NCBI RefSeq assembly: GCF_016432865.1
Contig: NC_067401.1
Location: 248,496,001-248,560,000, forward strand
Direction of reading: 5' to 3'
DNA from: Antechinus flavipes
Lineage: Eukaryota
Length of the DNA: 64,000 nucleotides
Of this stretch, positions 1-13,477 are shown in pieces. Under the pieces are notes generated by a model that was not told the DNA's origin, made no database searches, and saw only the letters and a program-made list of their open reading frames with translations. Position 1 is the stretch's first letter. Each line of letters starts with the position of its first letter. Position numbers and translations under genes: made by a program.

Positions 1-886
1 TAAATATTTTGCCTAAAACATCTCTGTCAAAGGACTCCCACCAGTGCATTATTTTTAAGTACCAAAAGGATAAATTTTAGCACAATTTTAAGTAACTTTC
101 TACTTAAGAGTAACATACAGCCTTTTTCATTGTTGAAAACTGTATGCTGTATGGAGAGTCAAAAACAGGCTTCCCACTGCACTGATGCTCAGTCTTTGGC
201 ACAATAAACAGAGATTTAGTGATTGATACAAGAATCAAGGTCTGAAAAATTAGACACCAGTCAAACTTTTTCCAATGTGGATATATTTTTTACAAGAAAT
301 TTTTTTTAGGTTTGGCAGAAATGGGATAAAGCAAAAAGCCTGTTTTCTAAGCATTTTCTAACATTACCGAAATTAAAGATTAGCAAAGTTTGGTGATTTT
401 ATATGTATCTTTACTGGAAACACAATTCTTAATTTACTGCCACTCTGCAACATTCTGTCTTCCTAGGAGACAAGACTTCTATAATCAATAGAAATGTACC
501 TTGCTTGGTCAAAAATAAACATACATTGTAGCATGAAAAGTTCTGTTAACTAGGAATATGATGCACCTCCACAGTGCGAACAAATCTTTTTCTTCTATAA
601 ATAAATCAGGAATTGCTCTAACATCTTCAATTGCTCCCCTCTCCCTTCTGAACCATGAGTAAAATGACTGTTGAAATGTATAACCTATTTGAGGGCAATA
701 AATAGCAAACATTTAAAATATATATTTCTTTAAAGAAGTGTTCTTTTTTCTCTTTTCTTTTTTGCTAATTCTTTCAAATTATAACACTCTCTAATCCATA
801 ATAGCAGCCAGGAAGAAGCCTTGATTCTATTTATTCCTTAACTGTACCTGCTTTATATCATTTAAAGTAAAATGTTTTGGTACATG
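1..886 (-). other. PHIP: PHIP 3' UTR (proximal part; probably continues past the window edge)
   Basis: Lies directly downstream of the TAA stop (887-889); no recognisable repeats. Confidence 0.8.
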
Positions 887-1542
887 TTACCAACCAATTA
901 AATTAGCTTTTGCTTTTTCAGTCAACTTTCGGACTCGCCCCCTGCTAGATGTTCCAAAAGTCAAAGAGGTGTCTTCAAATAATAGCTGCCTTTGTTCTTC
1001 CTCAGAGTCATCTTCATTGTAAAATGCTGTCCTTCGACCCTGGTTTCTAGTTCTCATGTGGGGCTCAGAGCCCTTAAGTTCCTCAGACCCATCATCCTCA
1101 TCCATAGGTTCATCTGTCTTTTTTCTACTACTTCTTCTTAGCATCTTAACACTTGCAGGAACCATAAGGTCTAAATCTGGCTTCTGTGCCTTTGTCTTTC
1201 TTTTGGGCTTTCTGCCCCCACGGCTCTTTTTTTGTAATAAATCTTCTTTTACAATATTAGTTTCAGAAAGAAAATTGCACGCTGAAGAAGCTGCAGTTAC
1301 TTCATCATTAATCACATCTCTGATGGTTTGTACTATATTTTGCTCTGAATTTTCCTGTTTCATACACTGAAGTTTTTTGGGCTTTCTGCCTCTTTTCTTG
1401 TGTACAACTTCATTGCTGCTTATATTCGCTTCTACCTTGGGTTTCCTTCCAGGGCCTCTCTTTACAATGAGTTTTGATGGCTGACCTCCATGCCCATTTA
1501 CTTGGATGCTTCCTGATGCCAAAGCATTATTCTTGCAATCTG
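887..1542 (-). CDS. PHIP: PHIP terminal coding exon (~exon 40): basic GRK-motif and acidic tail
   Basis: (A)[23 protein letters not shown]...KKRGRKPKK...[61 protein letters not shown]; acceptor ttctcttag|CAG (alternative in-frame acceptor gives 1539); phase 1. Confidence 0.96.
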
Positions 1543-3898
1543 CTAAGAGAACACAATAATAAGAGTATTATTATAGGATACAGAGATGCACCTGCATTTT
1601 TGTTAACTCTCATAGTGCATAATAAACTGATTATTTCTTTCAAATAATAAAAATGTAACTTTCCAAAAGATAACTTTTTTATTATTACTGCTACTGAAAA
1701 AAAAGTCAAGTTACAAGATATTAATATAATCTAAAGCCACACAGCAAGTTAGAAAGACTAAGAAAGTATTCTGACTTGACAGCTTGATTTTTTTTTCATA
1801 TCATTACACAGGATTGCATTCACTTCTATACACTAGCCACCATTGTATTTTCATTGACAACAAATATCAAGCGAAAGTTTAGGATATGATCATGTGTAAT
1901 ATTGTGTCAATGTTCTCTTGTTCAGTTCTATAAATTATTTTATGTTGAGGGTGGCCCTTTTCTCTACAACCCCTTTTATAACACTATGCCTAGAATAGTA
2001 AGAAAAATCAGTTAATATTGTAGGGATATGACAGCATTCTGACACTCTTAATATAATAACAGAAATAGAGTAGAATGAAAAGTTAAAATCCTACAATCCT
2101 TTTTCTTAATATTTTAAGTGACTTCAAGTAAATTCTTTCACTTATTTTGTTAACATACTTGTGAAATTGTTAAGAAAAGACTTTACAATCAAGGCAAAAA
2201 TCTCATAATACATTCCACATCTCATTTAATTATCTTGGTGTAAAGATATTCTCCTAACATGAACACAGTGCTAGAATTCATATTTTGTTTGTAGGATGTG
2301 AACATAAAACACAATGCCCAGGTTCTCTAGTATAAAAAAAAAAAAGTATTCTTAACATGTCACAGGAAAGAGAAATATACATGATTCATACTCTATTTTA
2401 ATTCATTGTTTGCCTCCAACTATTGATTTTTGTGACTTTAATTTTGACAGTGGTTAATGAAGAATTTGTTATGGGCCATTTGCTAAAAACAGAAATTTCT
2501 TTGACACACAGAATACTTCTTTATAAATGATGTGCTCACCTCCATTAAGCCATTCTTTTTCCTTTTCATATACCCTCAATGAAAATTCCCTTCTCAAATT
2601 TTTTACATCACTTTGTATTTCTCCTTTGCATCAATCTGACTTTTCAAATTATAAAGTTGGTGTACTTGAATATTATGCCATAAGTTCCTTAAGAAAATGG
2701 CTTTTGTTGTATATTATGTATAGCATAGCATGTGTCAGGCACTTAATAAATGTTTCTTGAATAAAAATAGTGATCACAATAATATAATTTAACCCACAGC
2801 TCTATTTAAAAGAAAGAGAAATAGACTAGTTAAGTGATTTTCTTCAAGGTCACATATAATGGAAGACCTATAATTAATTCCCTTATTTTCTGACTACAAA
2901 TCTAGGGTAGTAGGTATGGTTTGTAGCTGACAGGAAGAGGCTGCTCTTTGAATTCCTAAATGGAACTCTGAACACATTTCTCTAAAAAGCACTATTATGC
3001 ATAGGGGTTATACTAGAACTATAACAGAAATATATTATAAATTAAACTGGCTTTTTTTTTTTTTTTGTGCGGGCTGACCTAGGAATCAAATCGCTACACA
3101 AAACTGTTTCTGGGAGGGAAATGTATTCAGAATTCTGAATTACCAACTATAGAACATTTAAAATACAACCCATTTTTAAGTTGGAAGCAGAAAATAATGT
3201 TAATGATAAAGAACTAATTATTCACTAACTAATATACTTCAGACAACTGGCTACTATGGTAGTAGTAGTTTGGCTGCACCATTTCTAAATTGAAAATTAA
3301 ATGTGCAAGACTATGTTGTATTATAGCTGTAGACTAATAGTTAAATACATAGATATCACTTCAGAGTTTAGAATTCTGGAAGTGAGAAGAAATAGGTCAA
3401 ACAAAGAACTAAACTATTAAAAAGTGAGGATTTACTACAAACAAGGAATGAAAGAAGATAAAGGACAAATGAACAACTTAGGATATATTTATTGATCTTG
3501 TGAAGTCAGTTTTAACATGTTCAATATCTTTTAACAACCAATCACTTTCCTGAATCTCTCTGAACAAAGTTTCTACAATCTCCCCTTCCCTCCAAAAAAC
3601 TGTCTCCCCCAAAAAGCTTAGAAATACATCCTTAACTTCAGGAAAAATTTGCCAATTCTTTCAACAGAGCATCTAAGTTTTAGGAATTACATAATTGAGT
3701 GAATTGATTACTACATAGATCTCTAATTTTTTTTTTTTTTTTTGGTTCAAACCATATCTTTAGATATGTCAACTCCCCACAGGAAGGCGCTAATATAATA
3801 TGGGCAGTCTAAAAGTTGAGTGTTAGTCCTAACCTAACCCAGTATTATTAATGAATTCTAGCACATCTTACAATAAACTTGAAAAGTTAACAACTTAC

Positions 3899-4078
3899 CT
3901 TGCTGAATTGGAGTGGGTGTCTTGTTAAGAGCAGATGATTTCATTTTACGTTTGACTGGCTTTTCCTTCTCTATATTTTCTCTGGCAGAGTTATTCCTAG
4001 TACTGTGACTAAAATTAGATTGACTTGAGCCTGAAAGACTATTTACATTTTTGGAATGTTTTGTAGTATTCTCCAGCA
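3899..4078 (-). CDS. PHIP: PHIP exon ~39 (180 nt)
   Basis: (M)LENTTKHSK...[24 protein letters not shown]; ttttttttag| acceptor, G|gtaagt donor; phase 1-1. Confidence 0.93.
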
Positions 4079-4609
4079 CTAAAAAAAACAAAGAAAGGAA
4101 CAAACTCTTTAAAAAGCCAAGATTCACTAAAACTTATCATGAGAGGTACTTTAATTCCCATTCCCTCATCCTTTAGAAAAGAAGGGAAGGCTAAGATTGC
4201 CACTAATGCACAACTAGATTAGTAAGATTCAAAATATTTGGGCTAATACAACTTTCTACTTCAAAACACTCAATTTTCAAAGAGGAGATGACCATTAAGA
4301 AATGGAAGTCATTTATATTTCCTGGTTCCTCTCTTTTATGAGAAGCTGGTCGATATTAATTTGATAGAAATAGAAATGCTCTAATTTGATAGAAAGCTCT
4401 AGGACAATATTTATAATCATTCATGCTGATGAACTTCCATTAAAGTTAGGTTCTAATAATTCATTATGGTGTAATTATGATCAGATGTTCCCAAAGGTAA
4501 TACTAGATAGATACTGCAACTTACAACAAGAGTGACAAACTGCTAGGACTTTTATTATACTGGTCCAGTGTCAATGTATTGTTTTCAAGGTAGCTAGATG
4601 GCATAACAA

Positions 4610-4885
4610 ATCAAGCATTGGGCTTGGAGTCCAATGGAGTACTTGATTTACTTCAACTACTTGGAGTACTTGATTTAAAATGCAGCCTCAAAAAATTATT
4701 TAGCTATGTGATTGATCCTGGACAAGTCACAACTCTTTTTGTCTTGTTTCCTTTCCATAAAATGAGGATAACAATAGCATCTAACTTGCAGGCTTGTTCG
4801 TGAGGATCAAATGAAATAATAATTGTAAAGTGCTTAGCAAAATGCCTGACAAACAGTAAGTTCTATATAAATGACAGCTATTATT
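4610..4885 (+). mobile_element. MIR SINE
   Basis: CORE motif tttccataaaatgaggataacaatagcatctaacttgcaggcttgttcgtgaggatcaaatgaaataat. Confidence 0.8.
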
Positions 4886-6785
4886 GATAATGTTATTTTT
4901 GATCTAGAATTAACCTCACTAATTTCAGAGAGGCTAATCAAGCAATGTAAAAGCATTTACTAAATAAATGTTGCTGGATTTCAAAGAAAAGGCTTAGCCT
5001 CAAAGAAGAGACAAGAGAATACACTTTTCCTCACTCCTTTGCAAAGCAAGATGTTTTGAGGGGAAGGTACAGGAAGAAGTCCCATGGTTATAGAGCAATG
5101 CATATATTGTCAGATTTTAAAATGTACTGATTGGACTTGATTATTATTTTTTTTTATTATTATTTTTTAAAGTCTTGGTTAGGAGAGATGGCGCTCTAGA
5201 AAGTGGAGGGGTACAAGGAGAAATATAGAATTGTAAAACAAAAGATATCAATAAATGCTTTTAAAAATATGTATATGCCAGGGACAGATAGTGATAGGTG
5301 CTAAGGTTAAAAAGATACAAAGCAAGCAATCCCCATCATCAAGAAACTTACATTTTATTGTGTAAAACAGGATGCAAACATATAAATAAACACTAATAAC
5401 TAAAAGATCTCTAAGAAATAAACATTTAAGATATTTATAAATATTTAAGAAATAAAAGTGATTCCAAGAATGGATGACTGTGTTTTACACAGAGGTTTTA
5501 AGAGATGCAATTTCATGTATGATGAATAGCAAGTAAGACAAGCTTGGTGGGAGGACAGAACATGCTCAGGCCAAATTCCAAAGGGTAGAAAAAGAAGTTA
5601 TAAATTCTGATGCAACAGGGATGGATTTTAAGTCAAGAATACCTCAGTTTTAAAACCTTTCTTTCAAAACTGTTATTATAAGAAACTCTATGAATATCAG
5701 TTTCTGCCTCTGTAAAACAAGGATAGTAATATTGTTGTACTTACTTCATATTTGTAAAACAAAAATGAGATAATGCATATAAAGTACTCTGCAAACTTTA
5801 AAAGGCTATATAAATGCCTATTAACAAAAAGTAAGTGATAATTTCATATTAATTTATGAAAAAAAGGAGATTTAGACAAAATGTGGTAAACTGGATATAC
5901 ATGAACAAAAAGAGAAAGAAAAATCTAAGGTTACTTCAAACCTTACTAAGTGACCAAATTATAGAATCAAAGTTCAAGTTTGGAGGATAAATGTGGGAGT
6001 CATCATTTTAAAAATGCTTTTTAAAAATGAAATTATGAAAAAAGGATATTTTCATCAAGGATATAATGTTAAAAAAAAACAAAAAGAACAGAAAACTGAG
6101 GGATAAGTTTTGGGAGAAACCTACAGATATCATTGTGATAAGAGGAGAAATGGAAGAAGACAAAGTAAGGAACTATCTGTACTATCATAGATCAGGGAAA
6201 ATGTCAAAACAGCATTTTTAGCAAGAGGTTTGTTAATATTATCAAATGGTCCTGAGAAGTAAAGGAATTAGACAAGCAATAGGTATTTAATTCAAGTAGA
6301 TAACAAATTTTTCTACAAAGGTTTTGTACCAAAGGGGAACACACTCCAAAATTTTCATACTATTTAAGTATTTAACTGTCCTTGAGTTCTACACAATAAT
6401 TGTATCAAAATGTCCACCAGTGTTACCCTTAAGAAATTGACTTTCAAATAAAAAATTCCCAAACATTTATGAGCAACAACAAAAAAAGAACAGATCTTCT
6501 ATTCTAAATAAACTATTTTTAAAAAACCCCACAGAAGTAGAAAAGAAAAAGTTTAAGGTATTTTTAGGATTTACAAGGTATGAGTAAAAAAATAAAAATT
6601 TTTTTGGAAAAGTTTGAAAATGCCAACACAAAATATGAAGAGACTTAATTAAAATCTAATGTAATATATTTTAATTTTCAAGGTACCAAGAGAAAAGAAC
6701 TTAGATAATTTAGATACAAGTTCACAGGGAAATAATTTTTTACTAAGTAATCTTCAATTTAGAAATTATGAATGACTTGACTCAC

Positions 6786-7048
6786 TTGTTTTCCCAGGTA
6801 TCACAGAAACATTAGGCTTTGAAATCAAAGGCTTGCTTCCCGAAGAAGTAGATGGTTGCTCAGTTACAATTAGGTCTGTAAGTCCTCTGTTGCTTCTAGT
6901 TCGCACCACAGAATTGGACTCTATCGTTTTTCCATTCATCTGAACAGCATTATGTCTTGGGGCTATTGTTCGTGAAGGTGTAGAAAATGGAGAGGTAGAG
7001 ATATCTGCCTTCAGGAGAGGTTTTAGCAACCTTTTTTTCCTTTCAGGG
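6786..7048 (-). CDS. PHIP: PHIP exon ~38 (263 nt)
   Basis: [13 protein letters not shown]...[25 protein letters not shown]; tttacag| acceptor, A|gtgagt donor; phase 2-1. Confidence 0.94.
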
Positions 7049-7520
7049 CTGTAAATTTAAAAAATGAAACTTGTAACACACATGGTCACTTGGAGGTACA
7101 TGAGGATGAACACATATATGTATACACAACTTGTAAAGTACTGTAGGATTCAAAATCAATTATACTGTAATATGAAATGTTAAACATGGCATTTGTATTG
7201 AGTTTTAAGAAGTAGTGAACCTCAGATAAGTGAGTCTTTAGTGAAAGATCACTGTAAATGCTGTAGTTATACATGATAAAAAAAGGCATGATGTCATCAC
7301 TACCCTAAAAATGCTGTTTTACTCTGTTTAGCAGTTATTTGAATTTAAGCACTTACACTAGTATAGCTTTAGTTAAAGTTTAAAAATCCTCCACATCAAA
7401 GGAACTTGCATGTCAAACATATCATTCTGCAATATAGGGAATAGTAAAGGAAGCATTAAAAAACACACACCAAGTTTAACCACTCAGATGTCAAACTTAT
7501 GGATCATTTCATGCTTTTTA

Positions 7521-7706
<186 letters not shown>

Positions 7707-7904
7707 CTATAAATAAAAGAAACTGTGTCAGTGTTGAAAAATTGCTTTTCAATAAGTAAATTTGCTCTTCTGTAAAATCATAATATAGAATCATATACAT
7801 TTTTTGATAGCAAATTCTTGATTAAAAAAAATTACTTATTTACTCTTAAGATAATTTCAATTAAAAATGTGTACTTAGAAGATTTATGCCATAAATAAAA
7901 GAAA

Positions 7905-8140
7905 GAAAACAAGCATTTATCAAGCACCTATTATGTGTTAGGCACTGTGCTAAATGCCTTACAACTATTACCTCATTTTATCTTCACAATTCTGGAAGGT
8001 AGGTATTATTACCATTTTATAGTTGAGGAAATTAAGGCAGAGATAAATTACTTTTTAAGGGTAATCTAACTAATGTCAGTGTCCTGAGGATGGAAATCAA
8101 GTTAGGTCTTCCTAACTTTAGGTCCTATTGTTCTAATCAA
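7905..8140 (-). mobile_element. MIR SINE
   Basis: aagcacctattatgtgttaggcactgtgctaaatgcc...gaaggtaggtattattaccattttatagttgaggaaattaaggc. Confidence 0.8.
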
Positions 8141-8853
8141 TCCATCTCCTAAATATAATTTCTTTAGTCAAGATTATATTTTTAAATTTTTTGGGGGGGC
8201 GAAAGGAATATGCAATATCTATCACCTTGAACTGTAGCTTTTAGTCTCATTATTCAGAATATGTGCTCTGCATATCATCCACAAGGATCTCCCTATAGTA
8301 CCCTTTTCACTGCTGACCTAATTAGCCATAGCTTCACTTGGTATATACACAATGGGTGGGTTGCCATGTACTGAGATCTACTGATGTTCTTCCTCACTTT
8401 CAGAATTCCCCTTTTCTTTCTTTTATCAGGTAAATATTTTAATTTTCACATTTATAAATTACCCATACAAACGCTCCTCCCTCCATTAAATACTAAAGTT
8501 GATCATACAACTTTTTTAAAAAGACAAGTTAATTTCATAAATTTATTTATTCCATTTGCAAATGAAATAAAATTAATTACCAACTGCAGTATTTTATTTC
8601 CAGAAAACACTTTTCTTCAAACATTTTTTCATAGACAGTACAAACTAATAAGAATGAGAATTCATATTCAATTTTGTTGTTTCACAATGGAAATGTTCAC
8701 AGTTAATGAATGTCACATTTGCAGATTTAAAAAAAATTTCAATATTTAAAAAATATTTTGATTAGTTGTCTTATAAATATTTAGTTGTTTACATTTATAA
8801 ATAAAGGTTGATGACATGAGTGGAAAAGCTATACATTTGGGAAAGAAAGTTTA

Positions 8854-9015
<162 letters not shown>

Positions 9016-9227
9016 CTACATAAAAAAAAAAAAAAAAAAATCAAGGCTATAAATCAATGTTCCTCAAAATTAGGTCACACGTGAGTTCTAAGAAAGGCAC
9101 AAAGATTGATCCTGTTAATAATCACAACTTCATCATTACCTCAATGTCCCAGATAAAAAATATTTTCTTAGGTAGTATCAACCTCTATATTTACTTCTCC
9201 CTATTCTTTATCCAGTACCTGCATTCC

Positions 9228-9230
<3 letters not shown>

Positions 9231-9260
<30 letters not shown>
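9231..9260. repeat. (TG)15 microsatellite
   Basis: Read directly. Confidence 0.95.
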
Positions 9261-9269
<9 letters not shown>

Positions 9270-11002
9270 ATCTGAAGCCTTTAGTCTTACTATATTTCAT
9301 CTACTATAAAACAAACATGAAGGTTATTTCCTTTTAACAGCATGATTTTAAAGTTAAAAAGATGAATAGATTTTTGGCATCATACTATAGTTATGACAAA
9401 ACAATATATCAAAATAAATGTCATTTGTAATAGTTTTGAACTATGGGATATAATTATAGTTTCATAATAAGAGGCAATGTGTGGACTGCAGTTATACTAC
9501 TTACTCAGATCATTTTTAGCAACTTACTGAACCATACCTCTATACTGAAATAATTAAAATGCTGTTGCTTTAAGAGGACTAATTATATTCTTAAAAAGCA
9601 CTTTACTAATATGTTAACCTAATTTCAGTCACATAAAAACTCTTTGAGTAAAGGGCATTACAGACATCATTATCTCAATTTCACAATGCATATAAAAACT
9701 CAGAAGTTAAACCCATGACCACACCATCAATTGTAGGAAGAATTAAAATCCAAGTCCAACATTATCCATTATGCTCTCCTGCCCCTGAAAAAGGTATGTG
9801 ATAGGTCATAAATAGTAAGTGGTGAAACTGTTAAATTTGTGAGCTGGTAAAATTGTTATGGAAAGTAATTTGAAATTATACTAAAAAATTCACTAAACTA
9901 TACATGCCCTTTGACTTAATGATAGTATTACTAGGCAAATATTCTAAGGAGGCCAATAATAATAAGGCCTTTAAGGAAGGCAAAATTCTATTTATACAAA
10001 AATACTTATTTCATCACTTTCTGTCCCACCAAAGAACTGGAAAAGTGATTGGAGATTAAAGAACAGCTGTGGAAATTATGGCTTATGAATACAATAAAAT
10101 ATTGCACTGAAAGAAAGTGAATATGAACAATCAAAGAAAGGTAGGTTGACTTATATGAAATAGTATGTAACAAAGTAAGCAGAACAATGTATACAAAGAC
10201 CATGGTAACAGCACTAGAAGATTTCTGAGGACAGATAGTGAACAGATAGTGAAATATGTTTTCTGTCCCTTGGCAAAGGCTTATATTTTTAGACATGGCT
10301 AATATACTGATTTGCTTATATAATACAGGGGAGGGTCCTAATGACAGTAAAGTTGAATTACTGTAAAACAACAGCAACATTAAAACAAAACAGAACCAAA
10401 GAGTCAATTTTCAAAGACTTTTGGTGCTAAATATCACTCTACGAAAAACTAAGCCAGATTCTAGGGCTACATTCACAAAATTGTAAAAACCATAGGAAAA
10501 TACTTTGAACAGCAAACTCGAGGAGGATAGAAGGAAAAAAAAGCAGAGCAAAGGCGGTTCGTTTAAATTAGAGAAATAGATAAGTCCTTGATGTATAGAA
10601 GACTCATAAACTCTGAATAATAAAATTCTTTATAATGAAATAATGCTAAATTACATGTCATATTTTAAGATACTAGAAATATATAACATGAAATATGAAG
10701 AAATACAATTTTTTTTTTTAATAAATGGGTTAGACATAAGTTAAGAGATTTTGGAAAGCTATATAATTATGGCAATGATCCTGGTAAAACATTTTTTGAA
10801 TTTCCTTCATAGGCAGTGTACCTAACACAAAAGAAAACCAATCTCCTTTATAACTTCATCTATACTTTTGAACAGAAAGCTATCAGAGGCTTGATCATTC
10901 TCATCATTTTTCAGATCTTTTAGGATCATTTCCGAAAGTCAAACATTCTCAAAAGATGACAGTTTATAGCCACTAAAAATCTGTGAAAAAATATGCAAGA
11001 TT

Positions 11003-11140
11003 GAGGGTAGCTATATGGCACAGTGGATGGAGCACCAGCCTTCAAGTCAGGAGGACTTGAATTCAAATCCAGGCTCAGATATTATTAGTTAGATTAGTTA
11101 GATGACCCAGGCAAATCATTTAACTCTGACTGCCTTCAAA
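11003..11140 (+). mobile_element. WSINE1-like SINE
   Basis: gggtagctatatggcacagtggatggagcaccagccttcaagtcaggaggacttgaattcaaatcc. Confidence 0.75.
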
Positions 11141-12799
11141 AATAAGATTAATTTTTAAAAACATGTGATAGACAATTTATAATTATACAAGACAATAATG
11201 ATTTAATTTTCTTTTTCATTACTACTTCCACATAACTCTTTCATGCTCCCAAGATATGTCCATTATAGCAAAATACAAGCCAATTTCAAAACAATAGCTT
11301 TAAAAATATCTTAAGTAGCAGTTTTGCAATATATAAACTTGAAGACAGTAACTCTCATTTGGATATATCCGTTCTAGGAAGCTTGATGAACTACTTATTT
11401 TAAGTTTACAACTGTTCTGTTTCAGAATTTTTAAAATAAAAAGTGAAAATAAAATGATTTGGCAATAGTTTTTATTTGTAAAATTAACTTACATTACTTA
11501 ACAAGTGATGGATTAGTGAAATAGTATATTATCACCATATTAAATCAGGTAAATTTACTAGTATTTGCTTTAATAAGCCAATTTAAGGTGACTAAAACAA
11601 AGATTTAGAACTATTTGGAAGTTTAGAGATCTTCTAAGCAACTTCTTTGTAGAGGAAGAAATTGAAGTTAATAGACTGGACTCAAGGTCACACAAATACT
11701 ACATAGCAGAACTGGGAGTTTGAAACTAAAGACCTATATCTCCAAGTTCAATGTTATCCTTTCTCCAACACACCTATTAGTTTACTCATAAAAATCGTCT
11801 AGGTTTCAAATATTCCTAAACTTCCTCCCACAATTAATGGCTAAAAATGAGTAAGTTGATGTACTTGAGAAGAGAGAAATAAGCAGAATCAAGAAAAAAG
11901 AATATACAATGACAATAACAAAAACACTTCAAAAGGCAACTTTTGATTATTTCTAATTTTAATCCTAGAGAACAAAAGGTGAAACATCTTCCTTCTCGGA
12001 CTATACATATGAAATGTTATACAAATTAACCTGATTGTCAAATGCTTGTGATATTTTGCTTATTTTGCTTTAAGAGAGAACAGAATGGTTGAGTGGGAAA
12101 AGCATATAGTTGAAAATATAGGTATGAAAATAAAGTTAATATGCTTGCTATAACTAATATTGTAGTAGTAACTTATTATTTCTAGTCTATTACTACCAGC
12201 CTTTTGACCATTTCATACTTGCAAATACCTCTAGTTATGAGTATCGGAGGAAAAAACAGTAAGTGAAATTAAAATATATGCTTACCACTTTTTTCTGTTT
12301 GGATAAAATGTTATAGGTTTATATACACATTATATTGATTTTATTAGCAGTTCAACTACTTGTCTGGGGATGAATCAATATAGATTTTAATTGGCAAAAA
12401 TGTTATTTCATGAATTCCACAATATTAAAATATTCTATGTTGTCTTATTTCTTATTTCATACTAAATATAGACTAGGACCTAAAAGTGCTGTTTCAAGTG
12501 AAAATGGTTTCAACTAAAGGAATGAAATAAAATATCGTAAGCTAAATTATAGTTCCTTAAAGGCAAGAAGAAATGTGAAATATAGGTTTCCTCAATTGTT
12601 TCACAGTATATTCTAGTTTATATAAGTTTATAATGACTTAAATGCTATACTAAAATACTTAACTGGTCTTTCAATAATTAAAGTTTATATTTCATACTAA
12701 ATAAGCCAATATTATTTGTGAAATTCATTTAAGAATGAAATTCTATCTTCATAAAAATCTGGCATAACTATAGTTCCTGAACATAATCTCATTTTTTTC

Positions 12800-13200
12800 T
12801 TTTCATTTTTAAAAAAAGTTTTAATTTTTTTTTTTTTTTGGTTACACATGTACATTAATTTTTGTAAATACACACTACTTAATGAATCATGTTGAGAGAG
12901 AAAAAAATCAGAACAAAAGGGAAAAACTTGAGAGAGAAAAAAAAATAAATGGAGCATGTATTGATTTATCTTCATTCTCCATAGTTTTCTCTCTGGGTGA
13001 AAATGGTGTTTTCTATTCAAAGTTTATTGGGCTTTCCTTGGATCATTGAACCACTGAGAAGAATCAAAATTGATCATCCCACAATCCTGCTGTTACTATG
13101 TACAATGTATTCCTATTTCTGCTTGTTTTGCTCAACATCAAGTCATGTAAATTTTTCCAGGCCTTTCTAACATCAGCTTCTTCATCATTTTCAAATATTC
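12800..13200 (-). mobile_element. LINE-1 3' UTR fragment with poly(A) tail
   Basis: Poly-T at ~12826-12839 followed by the antisense of a marsupial L1 3' end (gaatcatgttgagagagaaaaaaatcagaacaaaagggaaaa; gttactatgtacaatgt). Confidence 0.7.
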
Positions 13201-13300
13201 CATTGCTTTCCAACACCATGATTTATTTATTCATTTTCCAATCCTTTGTCAGCATAAAAAGAGCTATTACAAACCATAACCTCATTTCCAAGAACATTTA

Positions 13301-13477
<177 letters not shown>

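Noticed and set aside
1-886. Overlap with the neighbouring gene IRAK1BP1 (tail-to-tail with PHIP in human, from recall) and the 67-aa ORF at 509-712
   Set aside because: No IRAK1BP1-like coding sequence is recognisable, and the small ORF is a chance frame within the UTR.
1056-1370. 104-aa + strand ORF
   Set aside because: Antisense shadow of the PHIP terminal exon; the Ser/Phe/Leu bias mirrors GAA/AAA codons on the coding strand.
3858-4127. ORF-track extensions of exons into introns (also 22505-22708, 30041-30283, 34684-34920, 43069-43458, 62017-62229)
   Set aside because: Only the exon cores are PHIP-like; the extensions are polypyrimidine or microsatellite read-through past canonical splice sites.
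10006-10407. 133-aa hydrophobic ORF that looks like a membrane protein
   Set aside because: TTG start, AT-rich composition producing F/L/I, overlap with purine-rich degraded repeat-like sequence, and no recognisable domain.
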